DNA of 64,000 nt from Bdellovibrionota bacterium. GTDB taxonomy: Bacteria > Bdellovibrionota_C > UBA2361 > JBGSMV01. Position numbers and translations under genes: made by a program. The first letter of the stretch is position 1; each line of letters starts with the position of its first letter. The stretch is from contig JBGSMV010000043.1 of assembly GCA_041739995.1 (NCBI GenBank), positions 18,241 to 82,240 on the forward strand, written 5' to 3'. Below are positions 34,492 to 44,705 of the stretch, one piece after another. Under the pieces are notes generated by a model. That model was not told where the DNA came from. It did not search any database and saw nothing but the letters and a program-made list of their open reading frames with translations.

Positions 34492-36177
34492 CTAAGCAGC
34501 GATATCACGGCAATGCGCACTCCAAAGATCTTGTTCGATTGAAGGTGCCATTACTTTCGTTTCAATCGCAGAAGAGCTTGGTAAGCGGTGGGATTGAAGA
34601 ATTTCCCAACCTTGCGTTTTGAATATGCTTTCGAAGTCGGGGAAATCTGCTAGGCCCGAACCACTCGTCACGTTTCGAATCAGTATGTAGTCAGGGCTCA
34701 CCCACTCCAATGATTCCAGGTGCTGCGGATGTGTTGTATCAACCGCCGCGAGCGACCGCAGAAATGTTTCTTCCGGATAAACCTCTTCGTAGCGCCCATC
34801 AATCGCCACTTTGAACGAGCCGCGCAGCGCCCAAAGCACATAGCTCGCTTCGTTGAAGTGCACGAGAATATTTCCACCCTGACGATTGGCGCATAGCCAA
34901 GACACCGCTTCAGCAGGGTAACTGCGGTAGTCGAACGCAAAGGGTTTAGTGCTCGATCGAATTGAAGTCGCCACCTCGACCGACAGAGATCCTAAAGCTA
35001 CGAGAACAAGCAGCACAAAAGCTCCGCTCGCCGCATCTCGAAACTTTACGAACTGCACGCGCCAAGCTTTTAAAACTCCGCCCAAAGCTGAATGCACGAG
35101 CGGTAGCGCAAGTCCAGCAGCAATGATTGCGAATATAGGCATCAAACGACTGTTCGAGAAGCTCTGCCAAAGGGCAAGAAACAAGAGTGCGGAATCTTCA
35201 AAGCGTAACAGCCGAGGAGCTCGATAGATGCCCACAATGAATACGAGTCCCAGAATGCCGCCGATCCACCATCGCATGGAAAAAAGTGGCAATGGCCCCC
35301 ACTCAGTAATCAGAGGGCGGGAATGCAAGGCCGCATCAATCATGAATTGAACGTAAGAAACACCCCACGGATTTATCAGAACTGCGGCGATACAGCCTAA
35401 AAGGCTCAAAATTGCTACACCGCAGAGTCTATCCCGTCGCAACAAACACCCCATCAAGAATATCGCACTCTGCGCGAGACCAACTACGAATCCTCCGTGA
35501 GAGTTCACCCAAAAAATCATCATGAGGGGAAGCAACAGCGGCAGCAGGCTTCGCCTATTCTCTGTTGCACTCACTGAACGCGTCCGTGCAAAGACGAACA
35601 TCCAAAATGCCACGCCCAACATGGTGGCCATCTGGCAACGAACATTAGGAAGAAACCCATTAAGGATCTCTGGAAGCATCACGAGCAGCCACACAAATCC
35701 TGCTACTAGAGTGTATTGTCGCTGATGGTCCGCACTTGCGGCTCCTCGTGCTCGCGCTTCGGCAGACACGGCGCTCTGCGTACGAATAATCAAGAAGATT
35801 GAAAGCGCGAACATGCCGACTTTTAGGAGAAAGAGTGCGGCATCACCTCCTAAGCTTGCCAGAAAATAAAACAGTACGCTGATCAACCACTCGTGATCAT
35901 GCCATACCGCTTTGATCGGAGTGAACGCGAACTGATCAGACACCGGCATGGTTCCAACTTGTTGGATCAACTCGCCGGTCGCAACCCGAGCAAACAGGTC
36001 AGGATCTGCCGAGCGAAACCAAGGAAAGGCGCCAATAAGCAGCAGTGTGGCGACACCTACCATCAGGTAATCTGCATGAACGCCAGAGAGCTTTCTTACA
36101 AGCCAAGCAGAGAGCGCACTAGGGAAACCGGTGGCACGTGTCTCTTTCACGTTCCTCTCATGGGTTAAGACCCACAT
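34492..36177 (-). CDS. Polytopic membrane protein (GT-C-like glycosyltransferase candidate)
   Basis: 561 aa with about 11-13 predicted TM segments. The first loop has acidic residues (SADPDLFARVATGE...DHEW). The C-terminal domain is soluble and ~150 aa. The listed start overlaps the panC stop by 20 nt; an alternative start is ATG 36063. Confidence 0.55.
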   Translation of the reverse strand: MWVLTHERNVKETRATGFPSALSAWLVRKLSGVHADYLMVGVATLLLIGAFPWFRSADPDLFARVATGELIQQVGTMPVSDQFAFTPIKAVWHDHEWLISVLFYFLASLGGDAALFLLKVGMFALSIFLIIRTQSAVSAEARARGAASADHQRQYTLVAGFVWLLVMLPEILNGFLPNVRCQMATMLGVAFWMFVFARTRSVSATENRRSLLPLLLPLMMIFWVNSHGGFVVGLAQSAIFLMGCLLRRDRLCGVAILSLLGCIAAVLINPWGVSYVQFMIDAALHSRPLITEWGPLPLFSMRWWIGGILGLVFIVGIYRAPRLLRFEDSALLFLALWQSFSNSRLMPIFAIIAAGLALPLVHSALGGVLKAWRVQFVKFRDAASGAFVLLVLVALGSLSVEVATSIRSSTKPFAFDYRSYPAEAVSWLCANRQGGNILVHFNEASYVLWALRGSFKVAIDGRYEEVYPEETFLRSLAAVDTTHPQHLESLEWVSPDYILIRNVTSGSGLADFPDFESIFKTQGWEILQSHRLPSSSAIETKVMAPSIEQDLWSAHCRDIAA

Positions 36178-37039
36178 TATCTATCAGGCGTACACCTGAG
36201 ACTTGTGCCGCGACCAAAATCCTCGCGGGAACGTTCACGACTTCGAGCGGTTCAAGTGTGGATTCGGCGGCACAACCAACATATTCGACTTCTATGAGCG
36301 GGCTGCGTTTTAGCTCAGCTGCAACAAGTCCACAGAGACTTGCGCAGTCACGCGCACCCTCCTTAAAGCGTTTGTTTGCCGAAACCAATCCGCGCGAGAT
36401 CAGAAGGCTGGCCTCTCGAGCTTCCGGGCTCAGTCTTACGTTTCTCGAACTCATCGCAAGGCCGTCAGGTTCTCGAACGAGAGCTCCGCGAACAATTTCG
36501 ACCGGCATCTTCAAGTCGTCAACCATGCGCTCGATGACTCGTAGTTGCTGGAAGTCTTTCTCCCCGAATATTGCGAAGTCGGGTTGTACAAGATTTAAAA
36601 GGATTGAGACGACCGTGGTGACGCCTCGAAAGTGCCCTGGACGCATTGCGCCTTCCCAAAGTTGAGTCAACTGCTCGACCGTGACCCAACTCTGAAACGC
36701 CTGCGAATCCCCATAGATGTCAGATACAGTAGGAAGAAAAAGTGCTGCCGCCCCACACTCAGAGAGCAGCTTTAAATCTCGAGCAAGATCTATCGGATAC
36801 TTCTTGAAGTCTTCAGGATTATTGAACTGTGTGGGATTTACGAAGATTGAAACAATCGATGCAGCACCGCGCTCATGGACCTCGCGAACGAGGCTTAGGT
36901 GGCCTTCGTGCAAGAATCCCATCGTCGGAACAAATCCGACTGTCCGACCGCTCGCTCGCAGGCCACGCACATACTGCCTAAGCTCTAAAGTCGACTGAAT
37001 CTGTATTGTCATCACCACGACCTCTTTCGCTTTGGCCAC
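36158..37039 (-). CDS. panC: Pantoate--beta-alanine ligase
   Basis: 293 aa with GFVPTMGFLHEGHLSLV (HIGH-type motif) and the typical PanC length and order. Confidence 0.9.
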   Translation of the reverse strand: MAKAKEVVVMTIQIQSTLELRQYVRGLRASGRTVGFVPTMGFLHEGHLSLVREVHERGAASIVSIFVNPTQFNNPEDFKKYPIDLARDLKLLSECGAAALFLPTVSDIYGDSQAFQSWVTVEQLTQLWEGAMRPGHFRGVTTVVSILLNLVQPDFAIFGEKDFQQLRVIERMVDDLKMPVEIVRGALVREPDGLAMSSRNVRLSPEAREASLLISRGLVSANKRFKEGARDCASLCGLVAAELKRSPLIEVEYVGCAAESTLEPLEVVNVPARILVAAQVSGVRLIDNVGLNP

Positions 37040-37323
37040 TAAGATTCGCCGCAGAGTGCCTCGATGCTCGGCACAAGACCAGCACCCGCAAATTCCTCGT
37101 ACCCGATGGGGATACCGATGCTTCTCCCTCCCTAAACTGATCGCACGGCACTATAAGAACGTCCACTACCGACTGTAGCAACGGTCGGGGGAGCGCTATG
37201 AGCCATTCCCCTCATCTCGCGATGACAATTGTTCTCGTGCTCATGGCTCCCAAGAGTGTAATCCCGGAGAAAGTAGGGAGGTCAGCAGTTGCCTCCTGAT
37301 CGGGGTTGGACTAGGAAGGCTAT

Positions 37324-38595
37324 ATGCCTACCCCGAATGGTCACCCCATGGTTCTACCCAGAAGTCGCGCCTCCTGCAGGAAGCTAGTGAACGGCGGAGG
37401 ACGAACTGCTCAATTCAAGCTGTCGGCCATTATATGCGTCGCGCTACTAGTAGGGTGTTCTTCCTCTGATAAAGTATCTCCAGAGCTAGAACCTCCTCAA
37501 GAACTCACTTTGGGGTCCAAGGCGGCTGTCGAGACGCCAGAGGCTGAACTGTTACGGGAAGCGCAACGCTACTTTGATTCCGGAGTATATAGCGTTGCCA
37601 AAGATGTCTTCGAGCGTCTGCGCGATGGGTACCCGCTTGGGGCCTACGCCGAATTTGCCGCGATTAAAGTCGCTGATTGTGAATTCGAATCCTCTAACTT
37701 TCCTATCGCAGCCGCGCTCTATGAAGAGTTCTTAAAAAATCGTCCCGCCTCCCGTTCCACTCCCTATGTGCTTCTGCGAGCAGCCAGGAGCAACCAACTG
37801 GCCAATCAGGGGATAGGTCGCGATGACACCAGCCTCCGGCGTGCTCGTGATTTATACTTAGAATTGTTGGATAAGTATCCTAACTCACCATTTGCAGAGG
37901 GGGCGCGTACGCTTTTGCAACAGGCTGAGCTGACGCTTTCTGAGAATTACGTCCTCATTATTGAGTTCTACCGCAAGCAGGGTAAAGATCCTGCGGTCCT
38001 CGCGCGCGAGGAAAAATTTCGTGAACACTTTGGTGCTGAAGCAATATTGCGTGAGACTGGTGAACCGCCCAGCGCGCCTCGTGAGATGGTGGCCGAGGCA
38101 CCGGTGGGAACACCGGTGTTGATCGAGCAATCAGTGCTCGCCGCGATCCCCGAATCCGGGGAAGACGGCTCTGATAACTCGAGCGATCGCATGGCGAGAG
38201 CTTTTGGCACGAATGACTCCGATGCCTCCATCCACTCAATTGCGGGAGCACATGCTGCCCGGCGCGCTCGCGCAAGCCTTCCCGTTGTCCGCCTGGTGGA
38301 ATGTGATCGTGCGCGCGGCTTTATTTTCCTTCACCTGAGTACCGACATCCCTTACCCAGGATCAGTAGAAGCGCTTGGCCCCTTGGTAGCCTCTGACGGC
38401 GTGTTCTCCCTTCGTATTGAAGGAGTTTCAACGCCCGGCAAAGATCAGCTCGAACGTGATTGCTTCGGAAGCGGCGACGTCACGATCTCTCCCGATGGCA
38501 ACGTAGCCATTCACTCCTCGAGACCCACTGGGGCAACTGCTCAGGTGCTCGAGCTGACCAGTCCAAGCCGAATTCTGGTGGCAATCGACGGATAA
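37324..38595 (+). CDS. bamD: BamD-like TPR lipoprotein with a C-terminal AMIN-like domain
   Basis: 423 aa with lipobox LLVGC. The BamD-like helical repeats include the hallmark LSENYVLIIEFYRKQGKDPAVLAR. After a low-complexity linker, the last ~110 aa (38266-38592) end in ...VLELTSPSRILVAIDG, which resembles an AMIN domain. Confidence 0.65.
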   Translation: MPTPNGHPMVLPRSRASCRKLVNGGGRTAQFKLSAIICVALLVGCSSSDKVSPELEPPQELTLGSKAAVETPEAELLREAQRYFDSGVYSVAKDVFERLRDGYPLGAYAEFAAIKVADCEFESSNFPIAAALYEEFLKNRPASRSTPYVLLRAARSNQLANQGIGRDDTSLRRARDLYLELLDKYPNSPFAEGARTLLQQAELTLSENYVLIIEFYRKQGKDPAVLAREEKFREHFGAEAILRETGEPPSAPREMVAEAPVGTPVLIEQSVLAAIPESGEDGSDNSSDRMARAFGTNDSDASIHSIAGAHAARRARASLPVVRLVECDRARGFIFLHLSTDIPYPGSVEALGPLVASDGVFSLRIEGVSTPGKDQLERDCFGSGDVTISPDGNVAIHSSRPTGATAQVLELTSPSRILVAIDG

Positions 38596-38835
38596 ATCGG
38601 CCTAAAGCGCGAGTAGATCCACGCTGCCACGCTGAGCTGCCAAGGAAGTTCACGTCTCGACCAAGGCCAATCGCCTCAAAACTTAGGGATTGCGCTTCTA
38701 CATGGCTAGCTTAAACTGATGTTTGATTTTGAGATTCGTCCATTGCGCTATGCTCTCTGACCGGATCTAATTACCTATGTACGTTCGGGATTTCGGCTGA
38801 GCTTACTTTCCAGTGATATCTTAATTTGAACGATC

Positions 38836-39747
38836 ATGATTTCCACCTTCTCGCTCAACCGCTTTGAATCAATGAACTTTCAACGGTTTCTGCGCCGAAA
38901 GATCGTCGCTCAAGCGGTGTTCGTCGGTAGAATCATTCTCATTCTGTGTTCGATTGGACTCCTTGGCTATTTCGCTTACGACATTTGGGAGGTCAACAAC
39001 GCCTTCGAGAACCAAGTCTCCACCTTTCATCAACGCCTCTCAGATTCGTCGACCTCTCCTACTCAGAAAAAACCTAAGACTGCACCTAATTATGGGGTGA
39101 TCGCTCAACGCGCCGTCTTCGGCGCACTTGGGCAGGCCGCTATTAAGTCCCCAACATCTGCGCCAAAAGCCTCGTCCAACTCCAAGTTCGCCTTGGTCGG
39201 GACCTTTGTAGGCTCCTCACAAGTCGAATATGCGATCATCGAAGAGCCCAAAAAGAAGGATCAAGAGATCTTTTTGCTTAACGATAGCGTCTTTGGTGAA
39301 GCTCAACTTACTGGTATCTTCTCGGATCGAGTAGAGATTCGGCGAGACGGCCAAGTTGAAATATTAACCCTAGACTCTGCCCCGGACACCAGCGCTCCGA
39401 TAGAAGGCGGCGTGGCGCAGCTTGACGGAGACGAGTACACGGTCGAAGAAGCGGAGCTTGATAAGGCGCTTGAGAACCTTCCTCTGTTGCTCACTCAGGC
39501 TCGAGCGGTACCATTCTTTAAGGAAGGACGAGCAGTGGGACTGCGGTTGTTTGCAATTCGGTCGGGAAGCCTGTTTGAAAAGATTGGGCTTCAAAATGGA
39601 GACGTATTGAAATCAGTGAATGGAAATAGTCTCGCAGATCTTTCCCAAGCAATGCAGCTCTTCCAGAAACTGAAAGAAGAACGATCGATTTCAGTGCTCC
39701 TTGAGCGAAATGCCGCGGAGAGGCAGTTTCGCTATGAAATTCGATAG
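38836..39747 (+). CDS. gspC: Type II secretion system protein C
   Basis: 303 aa with an N-terminal TM (VFVGRIILILCSIGLLGYFAY). The C-terminal PDZ-like segment is GLRLFAIRSGSLFEKIGLQNGDVLKSVNGNSL. It lies directly upstream of the secretin. Confidence 0.65.
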   Translation: MISTFSLNRFESMNFQRFLRRKIVAQAVFVGRIILILCSIGLLGYFAYDIWEVNNAFENQVSTFHQRLSDSSTSPTQKKPKTAPNYGVIAQRAVFGALGQAAIKSPTSAPKASSNSKFALVGTFVGSSQVEYAIIEEPKKKDQEIFLLNDSVFGEAQLTGIFSDRVEIRRDGQVEILTLDSAPDTSAPIEGGVAQLDGDEYTVEEAELDKALENLPLLLTQARAVPFFKEGRAVGLRLFAIRSGSLFEKIGLQNGDVLKSVNGNSLADLSQAMQLFQKLKEERSISVLLERNAAERQFRYEIR

Positions 39748-39800
39748 GTCACACGTAAAAACGAGCGGCAGTCTATTTGTTTTGTTTGAGTCCTGAAGAA

Positions 39801-42800
39801 ATGGTTGAGTCCCAAAAAATGCAAATGCCCACTTCTCTACGGCGCTGGTGCCCGCATCCTCCTATCGTGCTTTGTGCAGCGCTTGTCGTGGCGCTTTGTC
39901 CTGGCTTCGCTCGAGACTCGATTTTTCCACTCGTTCAGCACCTCTCTATCTCGCGTGCATTTGCTCAAGACACCCCCGCAACCAGCGGCAGCTCAATGGC
40001 TGATTCGGTTGTTGACGAAGAAACGCTCGCCAAAGATTCCTCCACGGAAATCAATGTAAAAAACGCTGATCTTACTGCGATAATTCGCATATTTAGTAAG
40101 AAGACCCGCCGCAACTTCATCCTTGATGAGCGCGTAAAGGGAAAAGTCTCAATCTACCTTCCCGGCAAAGTATCTGCCGAAGAATCTCTCCGAATCCTCG
40201 ACTCCGTGCTCATGTATAAAGGCTTCGCTTCAGTTCCGATCGGAGAGAATCTATGGAAAATTGTCCCCGCCAAAGAAGCACGTACCAGCACTATCCCTAC
40301 TCAACGAACGGCACCTGATGGAACCCCTGGGCCGGAGATCGTCACGCGGCTGGTAAAGCTCAAATTTGTTGGTGCTGACGACGTACGACAACTTCTCCAG
40401 CAGTTGGTTTCGAGCGACGGATTTATAAGTTCATATCCGTCGACCAACTCTCTCATCATGATTGATTCGGCAGACAACATCGAGCGCTTAGTCGACATCA
40501 TGGGCACGCTCGATGTCCCGTTCTCCAACCGCGAGATGACCATCATTCCCGTTCTGTATGCAGATGTTAAGGACATCTCTGAGAAGCTTTCCGACATCTT
40601 GGGTATTGGCGCTTCAGGCAGCTCAGATAGCGGCTCAGCGCCTGCACCTCTCGACTTCGGACTTGAACTAGCCCGTGCTCGGGTGCGCCAAATCGCGTTG
40701 CAGGGCGCTGCTCAAGGAGGCCAAGCTTCAGGGCAGAACCTCGCCTCGGGCGATGGAGACCTCGGTGCTACTTCTGGCAGTACCACACGAGCCATGGAGC
40801 CAAAGATTATTCCGGATGAGCGAACCAATAGCATTATTGTGGTGGCTGACGACGACACCACCGCACGCGTTCAAGCGCTTATCTCTCAACTCGATAGTGA
40901 AGTTGATTTATCGGGCTCTCAGTTTTGGATTTACCGCTGCCAACATGCCAAGGCAGATGAACTTGCTGAAGTTCTTGGTGGCCTAGTTGGTGGAGGTTCT
41001 TCCAATAATAGAACAGATTCAGGTGGCGGCCTCTTTGACACTTCTCAAGACCTGATTAGCGGAGGGACGCGAAGTGACAACCGAAATAGAACTAGAGATC
41101 GCCTTCAGAGTCAGAATCGCACGCCAGGTATGCCGCGAACTCCATTGAATCAGCGCAAAGCGGTGGGTTCCGTAGAGTTAGGGGAGGACATTTCGATAAC
41201 GGCGGATCCTGCGACCAACACTCTAATCATACATGCAAGCAAAGCCGATTACGGAAAACTAAAAGAGCTATTGCAAAGTATCGACATCAAGAGACGTCAA
41301 GTGCTTGTCGAAGCGATGTTGCTCGAGGTCGGCATAGACGACACTCGTTCCTCCGACGTGAGCTGGATCGCTTCAGGCGGTGGTGCAGACGGTGGTATCG
41401 TCGCTTCAAACAATGCCGGGAATATTGGATCATTGCTGAGTAATCCCACCGGCGTGCAAGATTTTGCCATTGCAGCAGCGAGCGCAGGAACCCTCACTAT
41501 CGGAGGAGGAGATTCCGCCATCACATTGCCGACCCAATCGATTCTGCTCAACGCGGTACGATCTAACTCAAATGTAAATATTCTTAGCGCCCCGACGATC
41601 CTCACTACGGACAACGAACAGGCTGAGATTGTGGTTGGTTCAAATGTTCCGTTCGTCACGAGCACCGCGACGGACAGCGACAACTTAAACAACACCTTCA
41701 ATCAAATTGAACGCCAAGACGTTGGTATCACGCTTCGGCTCACTCCTCAGATAAGCTCAGGCGACAGTGTCACTCTGAAGCTTTTCACCGAAGTCTCAAG
41801 CATTCTGGCACTCGATCCACAATTTGGCCCCACCACATCTGTGAGAACCAGCGAGACTTCGGTTATTACCAAAGATGGGCAGATGATCGTGATTGGTGGC
41901 CTCATGTCAGATGACATTAACGAAGCGGAGCGCGGAGTACCTTTCCTCAAGGACATTCCCGTTCTTGGCTTTTTATTCAAGACGACAATAGAACGTAGGC
42001 GTCGTACCAACCTCTTGATACTTATCACCCCTCGTATCATTCGAGACCAGTATGATGCGCGCGACGCAACTATTCAGAATCGTGACCGCCTCGAATACGT
42101 AATAAAAACCGATGAAGTTGAACCAAATAGGGGTGGGGTATTGAGGAACCCAGACATTGACCGCGTCTCTGAATCCAGCACGTACGAGGGGCCGCTTCCG
42201 TCAACAATCTCTGATCCTAAATCCAAGTCCCTTTCCAACAGTGCCCCTCAAGCTCCATCAGAATCGAACTCCACGCAGAGCTCAGATGCCACCAGCCTGG
42301 AGGACGATATTCCGGAGTTTGAGGTCGAACCACAGTTCATGGCGCCCGAAGGTTCAGAGGCGCAAGACTCTGCCGCCCTTGGCTTCGCCCAGAAGAGCCT
42401 CGCCCAACAAAATTCTCTGGACTCGAAAATCCATCGATCCGTCGCAAAGTCAGCTGAGCAGTCAGACATGCTAAGCCCACGCTTCATCGTCCTTCGAATT
42501 GAGCAACCTCGCGGCGGTGCCGCGCCCCTACCATTCCCTGTAAGCGAAACCTCCAAACTGGCCGCCATAGTCCTTCCAAAGGAGTATGATGCCTCCTCTG
42601 GTGGCTACTTCTCAGTCGGGCAATCTGGAACCTATGAAACTTCTTCTGGAAATGCATCGTTCACGGCAATAGGAGCCTTCTTTTCGCAATCTGATGCTCT
42701 CACCATGTTTCCCGACCTCAAGAATGAAACAGGCTCCGCAGCGAGTCCCTGGTACACACTTTCCCCGTATGAAATAATGTCTCTAGGCGATGGTCCTTGG

Positions 42801-42806
42801 CGCTAA
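39801..42806 (+). CDS. gspD: Type II secretion system secretin
   Basis: The ORF opens at TTG 39777, with ATG options at 39801, 39819 and 39825. The signal peptide ends in ...SRAFAQD. N0-N3-like repeats are followed by the secretin core NVNILSAPTILTTDNEQAEIVVGSNVPFVT and VPFLKDIPVLGFLFK. About 250 extra aa follow the core. Confidence 0.9.
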   Translation: MVESQKMQMPTSLRRWCPHPPIVLCAALVVALCPGFARDSIFPLVQHLSISRAFAQDTPATSGSSMADSVVDEETLAKDSSTEINVKNADLTAIIRIFSKKTRRNFILDERVKGKVSIYLPGKVSAEESLRILDSVLMYKGFASVPIGENLWKIVPAKEARTSTIPTQRTAPDGTPGPEIVTRLVKLKFVGADDVRQLLQQLVSSDGFISSYPSTNSLIMIDSADNIERLVDIMGTLDVPFSNREMTIIPVLYADVKDISEKLSDILGIGASGSSDSGSAPAPLDFGLELARARVRQIALQGAAQGGQASGQNLASGDGDLGATSGSTTRAMEPKIIPDERTNSIIVVADDDTTARVQALISQLDSEVDLSGSQFWIYRCQHAKADELAEVLGGLVGGGSSNNRTDSGGGLFDTSQDLISGGTRSDNRNRTRDRLQSQNRTPGMPRTPLNQRKAVGSVELGEDISITADPATNTLIIHASKADYGKLKELLQSIDIKRRQVLVEAMLLEVGIDDTRSSDVSWIASGGGADGGIVASNNAGNIGSLLSNPTGVQDFAIAAASAGTLTIGGGDSAITLPTQSILLNAVRSNSNVNILSAPTILTTDNEQAEIVVGSNVPFVTSTATDSDNLNNTFNQIERQDVGITLRLTPQISSGDSVTLKLFTEVSSILALDPQFGPTTSVRTSETSVITKDGQMIVIGGLMSDDINEAERGVPFLKDIPVLGFLFKTTIERRRRTNLLILITPRIIRDQYDARDATIQNRDRLEYVIKTDEVEPNRGGVLRNPDIDRVSESSTYEGPLPSTISDPKSKSLSNSAPQAPSESNSTQSSDATSLEDDIPEFEVEPQFMAPEGSEAQDSAALGFAQKSLAQQNSLDSKIHRSVAKSAEQSDMLSPRFIVLRIEQPRGGAAPLPFPVSETSKLAAIVLPKEYDASSGGYFSVGQSGTYETSSGNASFTAIGAFFSQSDALTMFPDLKNETGSAASPWYTLSPYEIMSLGDGPWR

Positions 42807-42936
42807 AGTGGCGATTTGCTCCAAGGGAGAGCCGTTCGATACCCTCTCGCTTGGTTGTCAGGTCTATCCTTTACATGCCTCCTAAGATCCACGAGCAAGC
42901 GAGTTTGTAATAAAATGGCCCAATCTTCGAAATAGT

Positions 42937-43012
42937 GCAGCAGTGTGACCTTCATGCAACAGTGTGACCTTCGTGCAACAGTGTGAGCAACGAGCAGCGA
43001 TGTGACCAACGA
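42937..43012. repeat. Four imperfect 19-bp tandem repeats (core CAGTGTGAC) overlapping the gspE start
   Basis: The four units are GCAGCAGTGTGACCTTCAT, GCAACAGTGTGACCTTCGT, GCAACAGTGTGAGCAACGA and GCAGCGATGTGACCAACGA. The gspE GTG (43002) lies in the fourth unit. Confidence 0.9.
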
Positions 43013-44699
43013 AACCTTGAATAACCCGGACGCTCAGATCGAGATCACCAGCTCGTCAGCGCTTGGAGAGGAGATATCAGACGCGCCAGTTGTGGTCGCG
43101 TCCTCCGACGTTTCGCCTCGTCTTGTCGCCCAGCTTCTCGGACTCCCCTTTGTCGAGCGTCTGCCGGACCCCTCTCCGCCACGTACCATGATTCGCGGAG
43201 ACTTTGACCGTATCGTCGGCTCGTGGGGACGCCAAGTGGCCACCATTCCTTTTTCAACAGACGATGACTACGTGATAGTTGCTACGTCGGACCCGTACAA
43301 TATCGAAGCTGTTGATCAGCTACGTCTCTGCTATGGGAAGCCCATTCGGGTGCTGGTAACGACGTCCAGTGAGATTCAAAGAGCAATTAACGCCATTCGA
43401 ACCAGTTTGATGAGTGACAGATCTTCTGCGCTTTCCTCTGAGGAAGACGAGTCAAAGTCGAATGAATTTGATGCTCCTCTGAAGGTCGATGTAACGGACG
43501 CAGAGGACGACGACGCCCCCATTATTCGCTACGTCAACGCGATTATTTTCAAGGCCAACTCAGAACGCGCTTCCGATGTGCATATTGAAGCCTATGAAGA
43601 TCGCCTTAAGGTTCGTTTCAGAATTGACGGCGTTCTCGCTGAAATCGCGACCGAAGACAAAGCCTTTCAAGCCTCAATCATTTCTCGCGTAAAGGTTATG
43701 GCTGGACTGAACATCGCTGAGAAGCGCCTTCCGCAAGACGGACGTATCGGCCTCAAAATCGCTGGCAGAGACGTAGATATCCGTGTTTCCACAGTACCCA
43801 CGCAGTTTGGTGAGCGTGTGGTAATGCGTCTCCTTGATAAAAGCGCCACAGTGCTCGATCTTGAGCAACTTGGCATCGAAGGCAAGAACAAAGAAACGGT
43901 CGAGCGCCTGATTCAGAAGCCCAACGGCATTGTTCTAGTAACTGGCCCCACTGGATCTGGAAAAACCACTACCCTCTACTCGTGTCTGGCACGCATCAAC
44001 ACTGCCGACCTAAATATCCTAACGGTCGAGGATCCGATCGAATATCAGCTCGACGGTATTGGCCAGATGCAGGTGAACCCGAAGATCAACTTTACTTTCG
44101 CCTCTGGGCTTCGTGCGATTCTACGTCAGGATCCGGACGTGGTGATGGTGGGAGAAATTCGTGACGCGGAAACCGCGGAAATTGCGATTCAAGCTTCGCT
44201 TACCGGTCATCTTGTTCTTTCTACCCTGCACACCAATGACGCTTCTGGCGCAGTAACTCGCTTGCTCGATATGGGGATAGAGCCATTCCTCGTGGCGTCC
44301 AGTCTTTTAGCGGTCATGGCACAACGCTTGGTGCGTCGTTTATGTCCCGCGTGTAAGGAGCCCTACGAGATTTCTGATGACGAGTTGCGTGAACTTGGGG
44401 TCAACCCTGCCTCGGTTTCGTCGAGACAGGTCTTTCGGGCGGGACAAAGCACGGGGCATGGAGACTGCACACGCTGTCATAACGTGCGCTATACCGGCCG
44501 TACCGGCATTCATGAAATGTTGATCATCGACGAGCAGGTACGCAGCCAGATTCTACAACGGGTGGACTCCGGTTCCATCAAAAGTGCTGCCATTCAACGT
44601 GGGTTCACTACCTTGAGAGTTGATGGTGCCCACAAGGTTCTTGCGGGAATAACTTCAGTGGAAGAAGTCCTTCTCGCGACTCACGAAGAAATGGGATAG
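43002..44699 (+). CDS. gspE: Type II secretion ATPase
   Basis: 565 aa with Walker A VTGPTGSGKTTTLY, Walker B VVMVGEIRD and His box LVLSTLHTNDA. The tetracysteine motif is CPACKEPY...CTRCHNVRYTGR. An in-frame stop at 42984 limits the start to GTG 43002. Confidence 0.92.
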   Translation: MTNETLNNPDAQIEITSSSALGEEISDAPVVVASSDVSPRLVAQLLGLPFVERLPDPSPPRTMIRGDFDRIVGSWGRQVATIPFSTDDDYVIVATSDPYNIEAVDQLRLCYGKPIRVLVTTSSEIQRAINAIRTSLMSDRSSALSSEEDESKSNEFDAPLKVDVTDAEDDDAPIIRYVNAIIFKANSERASDVHIEAYEDRLKVRFRIDGVLAEIATEDKAFQASIISRVKVMAGLNIAEKRLPQDGRIGLKIAGRDVDIRVSTVPTQFGERVVMRLLDKSATVLDLEQLGIEGKNKETVERLIQKPNGIVLVTGPTGSGKTTTLYSCLARINTADLNILTVEDPIEYQLDGIGQMQVNPKINFTFASGLRAILRQDPDVVMVGEIRDAETAEIAIQASLTGHLVLSTLHTNDASGAVTRLLDMGIEPFLVASSLLAVMAQRLVRRLCPACKEPYEISDDELRELGVNPASVSSRQVFRAGQSTGHGDCTRCHNVRYTGRTGIHEMLIIDEQVRSQILQRVDSGSIKSAAIQRGFTTLRVDGAHKVLAGITSVEEVLLATHEEMG

Positions 44700-44705
44700 C
44701 GCAAC

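Noticed and set aside
42937-43012. Whether any of the tandem repeat arrays (2783, 42937, 47931, 58408) could be CRISPR.
   Set aside because: The units are directly adjacent with no spacers, are only 15-24 bp long with 3-4 copies, and mostly lie inside coding sequence. No cas genes are present.
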